Shown here piece by piece: positions 22,401-37,400 of a stretch of 64,000 bases of DNA. The DNA is taken from positions 820,362-884,361 of the forward strand of contig NMRA01000007.1 of NCBI GenBank assembly GCA_002633005.1, given 5' to 3'. This DNA is from Phoronis australis. Its lineage: Eukaryota; Animalia; Phoronida. The notes beneath the pieces are model-generated. The model saw only the letters and a program-made list of their open reading frames with translations. It was not told the DNA's origin and did no database searches. How positions within the stretch are numbered: position 1 is the first letter of the stretch; each line of letters starts with the position of its first letter. The translations under genes were made by a program, and so were the position numbers.

Positions 22401-25400
22401 CACCAGCAGAAACCAGCATGTGGAACTCAGAACACCTTGCTAATGCTCGTAAGCACCTGTCAGCCTCCAACCTCCTACAAGACTTCAAGCTTGTAGCCTT
22501 GGGCAAGGCTAAGCGGACCCAAATGCAGACCCCTGAGTTGAACTGAGGTAAAACCAAATTAAACACCAGCTATTGTGCAATTCAATTAATTATAATTGTG
22601 ACTATTCAATGATGGTGTTAGACAATCAATGGGACTTTGAATGGCGAGGAAATCTGAAGTTGACACAACAGATCAGAGATGTAATAGTCTTAAAGTTAAC
22701 ATTTGTAAACTTTTGGGAATGCACCGTTTGTTTTTAATTGATTTATCAACATCAGGCACGTGGCCAACTCCTCGAGCAAGGATGTAACAACAAAAATGCT
22801 CTTTTAATTGCGATTATAATAACCAAGTGAAAAAATAGTAAATTCAAATGCTACAGGAAAGGATTTTGGATTTAAAAAATTTAATATTAAGAAAGGTGTT
22901 TGGATTTCTTGGATTAAAAACACATTTCAGGTGCAAACCAACAGGTATATGAATATTAGTTTTATTGCTTTATTATTTGGTGAATATTTCTCTGACCCAC
23001 ATTTCCACTCATATTTCAGAAATGTTTTATACCTTTCCTTAGCATACAAGTGAAAACTGCCTCAGTACAGTGTCCAGACCCAGGACATTACGATCAAATC
23101 AAGAAAGTAGTTAAATAAAGCACACAGTGTCATTTGTACAATACACCTAAACCTCACTTGTATCCCAGCTGAGAGCAAACACTCAAATGTTTCAAAATTT
23201 TCACCATTAAGTTGAAGAGGGGGAAGGTGGCGAACAATTTATTGAGACAAAACCAAGTTGTAAGACTTCTGACACGAAGACTAACACGGATTGTGTAATG
23301 TAAGACAATGCCAGCGAGTTGACTGTTTATTCCTGTTGGTGAATAACTACACTTGAACTGGCCATCTGAGAGGTGGTTGAAGAGTGGAAGATGGGGTTGA
23401 GGAGATCACGTCAAGTCAACGGAATGTGGCAAGAAAAGTGAGCGGTGAAAGTCTGAATAGAGGGAGGGTCGTTGATGGGGGATAAATTTTGACGAAAGAA
23501 TAAAATCAAGTGTTTTAGACTAATTTTGCTCAAAAAACATTCTTGCAAATGCACAAAATTTTACCAAATGTTTGGTCACAGATGTTCAATGCTAAAACAA
23601 AGGTAAAATCTCGTCTCCTGAGATGTAATATTTGGTTGATAATCAAAATGACATTTCATTTGTCCATATTTTAAAAATTGGACAAAACACCCAAAATTTC
23701 CCTCATACGTAATATTGTTCTCCAGGCTCAAGAAATTTGACCGTAGATCAAAATCTCATCAAGAAGAGCATTTTATTGAACAAATAAAAAAATGCTCATT
23801 AGAAAAGGCTAAAATAAAGGAAACAAGATATCACAGCCACTATATACTGTACTTGGGGACCAGTCAAGCTGAAGACAAATTTTTCAGAAAAATTTGTATA
23901 GAAAAGACTTACATGAACAGGCCTAATATAATGAAAAAAAACGTTATTCTGTCAGTTTAAGTTGAATTTGAATTCATTATTGCACAGATTTGAATTGATT
24001 TCTTTGTTTCTGAAATTTAGAGTTTTTGGAAACCAACTTCAGTTCATCTCGGAGTTCAAACTTTGCAGAGGATCAACTTAGACGTTTTAACAACACAGTC
24101 TACTGTTTATCAAAACTAAACAATTAAACTAAAAGCCTGAAAGGATAATATTAACTTTGGGCCATTTGTTGGACTGTGGCCTCCTTTCAGGGACGGTGTT
24201 CACATGAAATCTCGTCCCGTCTTTTGAGAATTCTTTGAATAAACATAACTACTCAGGGAGAAGCCGAAAGAGTCAGTTTCAAAAAATATCAACTTGAAAA
24301 AATAAAGCTCAACACAAGATTATTATAAGCAAAACCTCGTACCACACTTCTGCAGGTTTTAATCAGAGTACAAAACATACAAATACAATGAAACAAAATA
24401 AAATAAAATAAAAGAAAAGCGGTAATAGTTGGATATATTTAGAGAACAGTTTTATCCACTGAATAACTGTCATCAAACTGGTTTTCAAAGTGTGGGCTAC
24501 TTATACCTGAATATTGCCAGAAAACCTGCAATGTTATAACCATTGAAATGAACGCTGGTAAAAACCTTAGCAGTTTATTTGTGATGTTTCATCTAGTGCG
24601 TTATTAATACTAGAAATCACGGATTGTGACGACGTCATTAAAACAAGAGAATAGGCTACGACTGTGACTAATGATAAGTCATCGTTGCCATAGCACCCCG
24701 GTGAAACTGAACAGTTGTCCATCAAGGTAAACACATCAATAATCGAAAGTAAAAGAAAAGTTTTCGTTTCGTCTTATCCGGTCGTCACGTCCATTTCCCA
24801 TGAGGCCCTGTGCAATTCGGTGCATTTTAGCTTCGCTGAGGACAGAGGCCAATAACAGGATCAGTGATAGCCAGTAGCATACCCAGGAGCCATAAATGAG
24901 GGCTCAAGTCTGTTGCCTCATACTTTACTTAAACTGACTGTAGGGGGCATGCAAGGTTAATTACCAAAGAAACATGTATGAAATGGCATACAAGAAAGTG
25001 GTGACCATGATTAAATTTACTTTAAAATAATGAAAATGAAATGTCCTTCTTTCACAAAAGGAACAGCAAAAAATTGTTGTTGAAAAAATATAACTATACA
25101 TGTGAAATTACGTGAACTATTTGATCTATGTTCCAGTCAGACTTCCAATTCACAACGGTCCTGAATGTGACACTGGTAAAGTCATACAATGACAAATAAT
25201 ACAATCATTTTTGGAAAAGAGTAAGAAAGCCATGTTGAACTGCTTGCTTGGACTGTTACTTGCTAGATGCACTGCTGGCATAAAATTTGAAAAGAAGAAA
25301 TAAAAAAAGGAAATAAGGTCAAATAATTGAAGTCTGAAATTAATATAATACAACAAGTGCATTAATGCACCACTTGTGACTAGTATTTCCTTGAGATTAT

Positions 25401-28400
25401 AACTCATAAGTTATCGTAACATTAAAGTGCCCAAGCTTAAGACGAATTCACCATTAAACCCATTAATCTCAAAAAGCACGTAAGAGTGTATAAGATATGG
25501 CCTAAATTTCAATAATTGAGTGTTATTTTTGAATTTTAAAACAACTTATAAGGAGGATTACAATACAGTGATAGTCAAGACGGGTCAAGTTCACAAAATA
25601 GGGTCGCGTTGAAGTGTAAAAATCCTCCCGAACAGCGAAAATCTCAACATCTCCAAGTGATGCTTTACACGTCAATGCTGATGTTTCGCAGGGATAAGGA
25701 GACTGCCCTTGTTGTTGAGATACAGTAAGAAATGGTTAGAGCCATTCACAGCTGTTTAGAGCTGATAGAATGAGGCAGAGTCATTCATCCAGTGGAGGAT
25801 TATTCCCAGAATCCAATGTCAACATACACAGAGGGGACTATAGAGGCACGGCCTAGGGGGATAGGTGGGGGGATGCCTTAGAACGGCAATGTGTTCAATT
25901 TCAACAACTTTGCTTTGAAAAGTAGTGGACAAAAGCAGAAATAGACAAGGCAAAGCTCTCAAATTCTTTAAAACAAACACCATTTTGTCGGGTCTCTAAG
26001 CCACCAACAAAACAGGTGTGGGTATGTGAGTGCACTCAAGTGGCCCGTCCCGTTATGGGTAATTATCGGACGCCCATTGAAATATTATCGCACCCAGGGT
26101 GGCGGACAATACCCGCCATGTTTTACTGCACTTGAGTGTCGCACTTGAAGAATCCCCACAACACTATTGTTTAGCGGGGATTCCTCGAATAACTGCCAAA
26201 TGGCCACACAGGTCAAGGAAGTGCTTGAGAGTCGTGATTACGTATTGGAAGAAAATGAAGGCAAGATGTCGAGAACTACCCAAGGGAGCAGCCAGTAAGC
26301 GAATAATACGTTAATTTCTTACAATAAAAAATTTGCCATTTTGGACAAAAGTATCTGACATTTTTCGGGTTTCTCAAAGTCTTGCAGCATCCTAAAAATG
26401 CTCAAAATTGTAGCTGACTGTCAGCTGTGCAATATCAGACGTGCTAAAAATAAAACCAAAATTACTTTTGTTGAGAAATTAAAAAATTTGCAAGTCAATC
26501 ATGTTGCGTGCGAAACTGAAGAATCTTTTATCAAACATCATGTCAAAGCAGCAAATTTTCATCTAAAGATCTCCAAAATTCAGCATATCAACTATTACCT
26601 AGTCTTTATACAACATTATTCTTCAGTCAAACATTTCATAAAGAATGAAAATCTAGTCAAAACCATTAAAATGAATAAAATCTCAACAATTCTTCAACCT
26701 ATGGAAGCAATCTATTTGATATTAACATCACCACAATTATTCTACACCTGTATAGCACACAAAATGACAGAAATGAAGACTTTTGTCCAATTTTTCAAAA
26801 AATGAATGCCCTGTAACACTACTGTCTGCCTTTCACAGTTGGAAAATAATCAATTCCACGATCATTTTTGCGCAAAATACCAGAATTACCGTAGACGCAT
26901 TTAAAGAACATTTCACTTCTGGAAGTGATGTTTTTGTAATAGCTTTCATTTTTTGCTTCCAAATGCAAATAAAGAGATTACTTAAGCAAACAATACTAGG
27001 CTGGTTAAAAGCAGTTGACTTAACCGAGATTACCTTCAACTGCCATCATATGGCGAAGTTCCCGGTTTAAAAGCTCAAATCTTCTTTCTAAATCGTCTTC
27101 ACGTTCCCTGCAATAGACAATCAATAGCGACTAATTAATTGCCGACTTATCTCTTATTGTTTCTCTCACTGATCTGGTATTAAACCAGCAATCACATTGC
27201 CCGATTGGATTACGACATTTTTGTAAACACAGGATCGGTGATTCCCATACACACAACTGGTACAACAACCGTTAATGGGTAAAAACAATTGAAAGCGATC
27301 ACACGATTTCACAAAGAAAAAGTTTAACGCGCAGTAATTCCTAAAAAAGAATTTAAAATGAGAACAACAGTCGTAATATTGAAACTGATTATAACTTTGA
27401 TATTGCAACGGATGAAGTGAACGGATAATTGTGAATAGACAAGGATTTTAATATTCCCAAGGTAGCGGTTTGCAACAACGCAATCAAATAATATTCTTTC
27501 TCAATTCTGTTACATAGCCTCAATATCAAAACCCTATACAGATATTCAGTTGAAGTGCAATTCACTTTTTTGTATTGTCTTTATTTAAACATAAAATCTC
27601 CACATAGGATATGTGTCTAATCGGGCTACTATGCATCGCCTATTGCTGACAGAACCACTGACAGGCCACGGCTAAGAAAACAGACACATATTTGAAGTGA
27701 AATTCAATTTTTCTCCAAATTTACACAAGAAACTGCCTAATCTGCCTCAAGTGGCTGGTCTCTCTATACAGTTGGTGAAATGGCATTAGACAAGCTTTTA
27801 GACTAATGGGTTTACCCAAGACAAGTGCTTGGCTGGGCAATACGATACTAAGCCGGGTTGCCGGCATGTTCTGTTCAACTAACTGCTTTCACCAAAAACT
27901 TGTTAATAACAATGAGGTTGTTAACAACTTTGTCATCGGGCTATCAAGTTAATTTATGGGGATCATGTCTTGTGAGCCGGTTATAGCCAACCTGAGAGAT
28001 TGGCCGCTTTGTCAGATGCCATGTAACGGCAGCGAGGAACAGCACATACCTACATACAAACACAAGTGGAGGAAATGGAGCCTTTGTATACCCTGTTTTA
28101 CTGCAAGTCTCTAACACAAACACTTTTTAATTTCGATATCAAAATTAACTAAATTTCACTATGAGAGGCAACAACTCAATAATTTTAAAACCCAGTAAAG
28201 TACTTTATGTAGTGACCGCTGTCAATGTCAATCTAAAGTCATTAGTGCACATGACTTGATATTTTAACAGACATTTAAAACCATAACCATTTAACATAGT
28301 TTGAACTCACAGGAACAGCAGGTTCATTTTAGCTGCCAACTTAGTACTTAACTTTACCAACAGGGGGCAGAGAAATCCAGTGTGCTGAGATTAACGGGCA

Positions 28401-31400
28401 TCTTGTGGCAAAGAAACTTCCAATAACAAAAAGTGTTCACTTGTTTTTCATCCATGGTATAATTCCTGTGTGTGCCTTAGTGGAGAATACGGTTCGATGT
28501 TTTAACATAATACAGGTTAACATAATTTTGACATGTTGTGATGGGCAGAAAAATGCTTTCCTATTGAAGAGTATGTAGGAGCATCAACATATGGATTGAG
28601 TTTTGACAAGGTTCCTGTCTATGACACATTTATTAGGATACTTTGTAAAGCGAGTCCTACTGACACATACAGTCAAGGCAGCAAGCAGTTAGCTGTTGTT
28701 GACAGCAACCAAAGTCAGGTTAGGGGGGCAGTGGTTCTGTTGTTGATTAGTGGACGGAAGTGGACAGTGGGCAGTTGAATCAGAACTGGCCAGAGGGCAC
28801 TGACCATAGGTGGACATACCTACGGTCAGCAGACACACTGTTTTGTGTTTTTGTTTTGGTGCAACAGTTCCGAGAAACACAACAGTCTGGCATACAAAAG
28901 TAAATATGAATGATGAATGAATAGGACATTTCTGAAAGCCATCTTGAAAAGAAAACAAGTGTTTACCTATAACATTCCTCCAAAACATATTCAAAGCAAA
29001 ATGACTATATCAGAATACAATGCTAATGCCTGTCAAGCAATCGGACCGGAATTCAGCATTTCCACCATCAACAACTAAATAAAAAAGTCCAGCAAATCAC
29101 GGTTATCTATGAAAACATTTTCAACAGGAAGCTGTTGAAAATCAATACAGATACATGCAGACGATATTAAGAGGTTGGTGATTTTTTTCCAATTCAAAAT
29201 TAATTAAAATATTTACAGAGAAAAAGATTAACAAAGCTCAAGCTCTTGAGCTCTATAGTGCACATGTGTTCGACAGAGTGTTTCCCTTAAACAGCAAACT
29301 ATATCAATTCCTCTATTAATTCATACAACATTTTACGAATTATCATTTTGGAAGATACGCACGGGGTAAATTATTTGAAGACTTTTAAGGGCATGCAAAC
29401 TGTAAGAATCTTTATCAACGTGTACCGGCCATCACGCAAAACACAAAAACATATTAACAATTTAAGAAATCTGAATTATCAAAGTGTGTGAATTAATAGA
29501 ACAATTAACGTACCAGTATTGATTGGGCGGGAAAAGAAAGACGAGCAGACGTATTCTCGCATGAAACCGACACCTAACGTTGAGGGGACTGGCATTACTT
29601 TTTTATGGGAACTCACGCATAACTGTAAGTGGCGATTAACTAATGTGACAACTTGTGTAATTAGTTGATAAGGGTCGAAGACTGAACGGAGTCGTGTTAT
29701 TTAACCAGATTGTTTTGTACACAACTCCCTGCCTGGCATCATCTAACACGTGGTTAGAGAAAACAAAAAATGTATACACTACACAGATCAAATTAATCAC
29801 CAACGACTCCCCGTCAGATTTGGTAACACACCCGATTCAGATTACGTTTGGTGAACACAATAAGAGGATGGCATACTAATTACTAACAGTTTGGATTACA
29901 TCATACAAAAATAGAAATCGAGACAAAAAGTCACTTTCAAAAATCACCTACTTGAAACCCGTCAAACTGAACAAATAATGTATAATTTGTCAGGCATGGC
30001 TTAATTAATCAGTCTTAAAATATAACGATTAATCTGTTATTTAGTAATTAAACATAAACAGGGCCAGAACCAGGTAACAAGCGTTTCCCTGTTGTTTCAA
30101 AACATACCTTAGGCTCAGCTACAGTGTCAATAGTCTTATTTCTAAGCAGGCAACTACAGCTCTCAATCACCAACAAAGAGATGGAAGCTGTTTGTAAGTC
30201 AAAAGTAGAATTTAAAACTTCTGGTAGTGATTGGTAGAGAAACCGCACAGCATCAGCAGCACAACACGGAAGCTCGAGAATTCGAGAAAATCTCTTCCTT
30301 ACAAAGTATTCCTAGAAACAAAGATTAAGTTCCGCCTAACTACACTAAATTTATGCTACGGAAAAATTTAACCAACTTAAAACAAAATACAAAGGACAAG
30401 CGAGGTTAACATTCAAAGGTTGACGATAGTTGTATTATGTAATACTAGATTCACGTGAGTGGGAAAAAATGCCAGCAGTTTTTTTGCACTGGCGAAAACG
30501 CTCAAGTTCAGCCAGACAGATGCACTGTGCAAGAAGGGGTCATTTTGTTAACAGTTAGTGGAAATTGATGTCAAAGCACCTTCCATGTCCACCAACGATA
30601 ATCACAGGTATCAATCCCTGTGTGTTTCCTTTGAAGTAGTCGATCTGGTTACAAAAATGCTAGCAAAAACACCAGTGGTTTTGTATAACTCAACTAGGCA
30701 ATCAAAAGTTGCAAAAAAAACTAAAATGATATTTCAGAAAACCGCTACAGTTTTTGAGATTTCATTTTGAACATTTATATCAAACAAAATTTGATCATGT
30801 TATTGATACCATAGTTTTGCTATCAATATACCTTCCTTTTTTTGCTAAATTTTAGAAAAAACATGGTCACCTGAACCACTTAATAGCATACTCGTAAAAA
30901 GTCAAAAATCAAATTCAACAGACTTTCCATTTTCCAAAAATGTTCTCTTACAGAGTTAAAATCTATAGTTTCAACATATTTGGTTGAATACACATACATT
31001 ATTGATAATGTCCTTCATAACCTTAAGCTGAAGCTTTACAACATTCAATCACACTGCGATAGAAAGTGCGTCCCTTTAGCCATTATTTTCTTAAAGCTAC
31101 AAATAAATTCTACAGTCATATGATGACCAATTAGTATTTTTAATCCAGCGAGTAAACATTTCTCACTACTATGATTACCGTATACAACGAATCAAAAAGA
31201 GTTCATTCGTTGCCTCTGTAACAGTTTTGCAATTGAAAATTTGGCATCTTCTAGTTTGAAGTCAGTAACTTTTGACTTTGTTAGGGCATGTGAATAGTTA
31301 CCAGCCTTTGGAAAAGAAAAAAGTTGGAAGTTTTAGTCACAATGCCCCCCATCCTGGCTACAATGAGAGCAGACGATCATGCTACGCAAGAAATGCACAG

Positions 31401-34400
31401 GTGGAAGTTTATCTCAGGCCACCTGGCGCTTGCGCAAATAAAAATTCTTGTGACGTTCGATCCGTGTAATGGCGTCCGCAAGTCAAAAAAGCGTCCCTAT
31501 GAAGTAAAAGAAATCCTTTGATCATTCCCTAATAGAAATGCAAGTGCCCAAGATCGTGTTCATGAAAAGTGAGTGTTTAACCAAGAGTTTTGAAAAAATC
31601 AGAAGGATGTCAAAGGTTTTCGTAATTCGGTGAAATTGCAAAGAAGCAATGATGTATCCGAAGTCTCCAATCCACATCAAGAGGGTTGGTAAGTATGCAA
31701 CCTGATGGATTTTGAGGTTAAAAGCAATTTTAATTCGCTTTCAATGGTTTGGTTGTGATACCTCCAATAAATGTTCATAAAATTCAATCAAAGCACTTAA
31801 TGAAATCAACAAATATTTTTTTTCGCCACACATTCTTCCCATCAAAGTCAATGAGCTAACGTCATTACATTTTCTCAAAAACCTAATCCCCAACTTGATT
31901 AAAAACTGCTGGACTCTGAGCAAGCACGACTGACAGCCGTGAAAGAAAAGAAATGACAAAACAGACTAGAAGAGTTAATATCCCCAGGTGACGATTGTCA
32001 ACGACCATTACAATGACTAAACAATGATTGTTTGAATGCAGGGCCCCACTTGTTGTCCCTGAAATGTGTGGGGTTTCACTGTTGACTTAGAGCCACTTGA
32101 AATCTCAAATTCAGCGTGAAGAGCTTGCTATCGACACATCAAAGTTAGTCAGTGGACTTTTCTTTATGTTCAAGAGCCCTGGACTTGGGTCGCAGCTACA
32201 TAAAGACTTCTTTAAGAGACGATCGACAAGGACGCTTGAGAAAATGTAATTTAGATAGCGCAAACAAACCTGATGTGCATGCTTCCAAATACGACAATTT
32301 GCACAAACAAATGGCGGTGAAGATCGTGGGTAAGGTTTCCTCATGCATTGACGGTTGGTGATTATTAAGGGCTGAAGGACCCCACACAACACTAACATCC
32401 ACACAACAGACACACGAGATTAGTAGAATCAAAAACAGGACAAACACCAACGGGAATGAGAGTGGAAAACATGGGTTTCCTATAGTATACGGAATGACGA
32501 GAAAAACGAATCCAATCTTAATATTCTGACAAGGTATTGTCCATGTACTATGCTGATATCTCAGAAATTTCAGATAAAAATGTTTGACTAAATCATAGTC
32601 TAGACAACAGTTTCGCAACTCTGGTATTATTTAACGAAATATGCTAGAGGCGCCTGTCCCCCCCCCCTCTGAACATAGCAAACTCGGCTTCCGGATATTA
32701 TATTGTGATGGGAAATTCATGCATCTATTTTACTGTCCAGTATAGCAGACAAAGTACTTGCCAGAAGTAAAGTGTGCTATGTCTGCCAGGTGTCGCTAGT
32801 GAATAGCGACGTCACAGCTTGTGCATAAGATCACAGATTTCGTCCATTGAAAATACACAGAGTGGACGGTCCATGTACTATAGTCTGACTAAACTAACCT
32901 CATTTTTCATGACTTTCTAACATAGCTAAGTGTGCACAATTTTTCAAAGTAATGTCTCATGGTAGCCACAGAACAAATTGAAAATGGTGAACCATAAGTT
33001 ATGTGTTGCAAAATTTCACTCGTGCGCTATAATTATTGCCTCCTAACTTGGTGACATTTTACCTTAGCAGCATTGGTCGGTTACTCATTACAAGTCTGCT
33101 ATGGGGACGTTAAAGTTCCATTTTGCCCTTTTACCTTTAACCCAAGCGCTTTGGGTTGGAAAATATGACTGTGCTCATCAGATTTTGAACTATTGTCTAA
33201 TGAAACGACAAAATGAGTCACAGGCTATGCGTACATGCATCATTTTATTTTTGAATCCATAATTTTAGGGTTGTACAACCGCAATAAACTCTGGAGTGTT
33301 TTCTTCAGTTGCTGCTGGTCTCTTGTTGGTAACTGAAATGGAATCCTATCAAAGTAAGAAATATTACGAGACCGATTTTCTAAGAGTAAATGGCTAAATT
33401 TGATGTTTTGTTCTGTAGCCACCTTAACAGAGAACAATGCAGCTTCAAACAAAATAAATGAGAAATCAAAATTAATTTAAACAAAAATGAAAATTTCAAA
33501 ATATCAGTAGAACTTCTTTGCTAGGATAATGGGCAACAAAACTAAGCAAGGTTTCCGACACTTGACCAGTGCTGCATCAGGGTCACGTGACACCTGTAAG
33601 AATGAAGAGACCATTGAAGTGAGGAAGCTGTTTGAGAATCCTTGTCCTTTGCGTGTCATTTAGACTCCAATTAATGGAAAGCACAACTTTTACAGGTATC
33701 TGATGAGTTAATGATGTTTACTCGTCTGCTGGAGTGAGGGCACTCGAGGAACAATACACCTGGACAGGTAAACACACACTCACACGCACACAAACACAGC
33801 AGAGATAGGGAAGCCTGCCTGTTTGTTCACACGGCAACATTATGTAACTTCCAAACATAGTAACGGCAAAAAGGAAGTGCCAGAATGCAGAGGGTAGTTC
33901 AACAACAGAACAAAGTACACGAGTTTGCTGAATAGCGAGCAGAAAAGCATCTCACAATAAATGAATTTAGAATACAAAAAAATATTGAATTGAACAGTGA
34001 AAAAAGAATCCACGGCCTCACAACACTTTTAGTGGAAGGAATGTAGTTCGATAACTCCTCGGTGACAGTTTAAAATAAAATGATTTCAATGAATTTTCAA
34101 TTCTGTGTTATTGAAACTCCATGGTGCATGGCAAGGATGTTCATATGGGGAAAAGATTGACATGTGGTCATGTCCTGTCCTAGTACATTCAGACGATCAG
34201 GATGTTTGTCAAACACGCTATGTTGACAGAGTGCCTAGCTCAAGTAAACAAGACATGAATGGGCCTGTTTACCCAGGGTTGACTAATACAACACACAGTC
34301 AGAGCGAGTATGAATACATCATGGTGTACAATGTTTACAAAACACTTCAGCATTTGCCAGTGTTTGTGGGATGGGTTGGGTCGGCACTAAGGAGAGAGAA

Positions 34401-37400
34401 CATGGCTCGATTGTTCACTGACATTTTTAAATATTGCTACAGGCCACAGTGTAAATGGAAGAGCGAGGGCGAGAGAAAGGAAAGGTTGAACTGCTAAGAA
34501 TTAGATCCACTAGACCATTCACTGACTTAATGACAGGGGTGACTGGAAAAATGTTGTCTTTTCGCTGGTGTCACATAATTGGCCTCGGGCAACACATGTC
34601 ACCCAGCAGTGATTTAGGAATAAAGCTTTGTGGTATTTGATGATCGAAACATAATTAAAAAGTAACCGATGACAAAGACAAATAAAGTCCAAAGTTCTGA
34701 CTATCATTGTTTGGTTAGAACAGTAATCTACTGAAGTCAACAGCTTTGATGGCGTGATGCCGTAGCGAGAGGTACAAAAAAATCCACAGTGGCTTAGCAA
34801 GCCTTGACAATTGCCGTCAAGTTGTTTGACGTTTTTATTACACCCTTCAGTTAAGTGGGATTCAAGGAGATTTAGAGCACAACATTTTTACAGCCAAACA
34901 CATAGGACAGAGAAGTAATCCTGAGACAATTTAACCTATACGTATAATCTATGGCCCTTGAAACAGCAGTGGTTACACTATGGAATATTTGACCTGCTGA
35001 CAGTAGCTTTGTATGTAGGGGGATGGGGGGGACTGGGACTGAGCAATTGTTTTTTTAAAGATAATTAGTCCGCTGACGTTTCCCTTCCACAAATGTCCTC
35101 AACATGTTTAACTTGTTAAAAATGTGTGATTTGTATGTTAAGCTTGGTTTAGTGGCAACATAAGAGGATTGGAGAAAAAAGAAACTAATTTTGTAAACAG
35201 AGTTAAATATCACACTTATTAAAAAGAGCTTAGCAACATGTGTTCAACAGGAACTGGGTAAAAAAAGTTGTATGAAACCTTCACTGACAGTCGGAGATAC
35301 TAAATATCAGGCTTGTTAAGTTCATAGAAAGGATTTCAATGATATCTGCCAATCTGGTAATGACCACATAGACTAATTTTAAACTTGTTTGTTTGTTATT
35401 CTTATCTTTAAGTCAAATAACTACTGAACTGTTAACACTTACGGTAAAAATTCTTCAGTTATGAACAAAATATGGTGGAAGGGTGAAATTTCATTTTGTC
35501 AAACTTCTCAACAAACGTAACTTTTCAGGACAATTTACTTTGCTTTCAGCATGGTCTGTATGACGTAGGTGTTACCGAACAATATTTGGTAAAATGTTGA
35601 GCATTTACAACAATTGCAATTTTAGCAATTATTTGTCCCAAATTGAAGATTTCTTACCGTAGTTATCCAGCAGCCAATCAAGATGGGGATAGGTAGCAAG
35701 TATTTAATCACAGCAATGAACGGGCCCCGACATTACAACCACTCACACCCAAACAAGAATTTTCCCCACTTTCCAACATGTGCAGTTACATCACACAGCT
35801 GTTTGCGATGTAAGGTTTACTAAAAATGGTGTTTTTATTTCTCATTTAAAGGCAAATAGGACCAAGGTTAAACATACATGATAGACAAATCTCCTATGAC
35901 CAACACGACAGCTCACCATCAACACTTCTACAAATAGTCACCAAATAGATTCACAACACCTGACATGACGAGCACGCCGTTGCGATTATAGTAATTCTCC
36001 ATGTATTTTAAACAAAAATAATCGCCAAAATTAAATTGTCTTCCACTTTTCTAAAGCTGATTACTTTATTACGCATAATGGAAGATTTACCATGTTGTTT
36101 TGTGACACATTACAAATCACGCTAGAAGTAAACTAGAATTACATTAATCTTTATTTTAGTGGACAAATAGAATTTCACTTGTGTGCCACCTCATGGACTA
36201 AATAAGAATTACCCGAGTTGATGTGAGGCACCCACGGACGATCATGATGATGAACAAGTAGTGAGTCTGTCTGACTGAAACAACAGCTGCTAAAATCTGG
36301 CTCCCCTTAAAAGTTAGCTAAAGACCACGCTAGGCTAACACTGGCACGCATTCATCAACACGACTCGTGCATGATATTGTCTTCAACTTGGTCTGTGTTT
36401 GATGTCAGCACGTAGCTCGATATTAACATACTGAGGTGATGATAAAATTGGAGTTAAAAAATAATTGCAGGCAGTCTGGTACACGAAGTACTGATCACCT
36501 GGAACCATTTTATGCCTTTTTAATAAATATATATATATAAAACCAAGCCCTGACTCATCAGCATGTCCCAATAGAACTTGAACCCACAACCTTGAGAAAA
36601 AGAAACAGACACTTATCCCACTAGGTGGCACTGCCTCCTCTATAATGGAGAGTTGGCGGGATTTGATTTTGATATTGGTTCAAGTGTTGTGACCATAAAC
36701 ATCTGTAAGACATGAAAAAAAAGTCCGGGTCTATTCCTGAAGCTACAAGTCCCCTCAAGTTACTTCATAAAGTGAAATTATCATTAAAAGTATTTTTTTT
36801 AAATCAGTCTCAGCATAGATTCGAACCTAGAGCCTCCGCGGGCGCAGCCAAATGCTCTGCTCAGGAGCTAAATCCCACTTGATATATGATGAAGTATTTT
36901 TAGCGTATTTAACAGGGCTTGGAATGATCAATGACAAAAAAGAGGAAAATTTTCCTGGTGATGTATAGTTTCACAAAAATAGGCTTGTGTGATAGAAATA
37001 AATTTTGTGTTGTAAAATTATAAAGTGAAATATACGTTTTTGCATGAACATGGTCAAAGTAATGAAAGAAAGAGATGAAACAAGAGGAAACTGGAAATCA
37101 AATAAGAAGAAATTGAAATAAAGAAGAGGAAATCTTTATAAGAGAGGAAAATTCCAAGCCCACGTCATTAAACTGGTAAATTCACAGGTCTTGCTTTCAG
37201 TGAATGCCCGACAGTATCTGTGAGAATTGGTGATTTGTAATCTAACCATAAAACAAACAATTTCATTGTTTTACATAACTCTGGTCAAACCTAATCAATT
37301 CCAAAAGTCTATAAAAACAACGATCATCCCAAAAATGCATTTTTTGGTTAAAAAACCAATAGGTCCCTTTAAATATGAAATGAAGAAATATGCTAACTGA

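Noticed and set aside
26398-27070. 135-aa and 95-aa plus-strand ORFs as a nested gene
   Set aside because: AT-rich, no recognisable domain or exon chain; the second overlaps exon 19 in antisense.
32111-32618. 140-aa and 100-aa hydrophobic minus-strand ORFs
   Set aside because: Hydrophobicity reflects T-rich strand composition; no family motif recognised.
36811-36876. Functional tRNA gene
   Set aside because: A and B boxes are present but acceptor and anticodon stems do not pair; kept only as a SINE-like relic.
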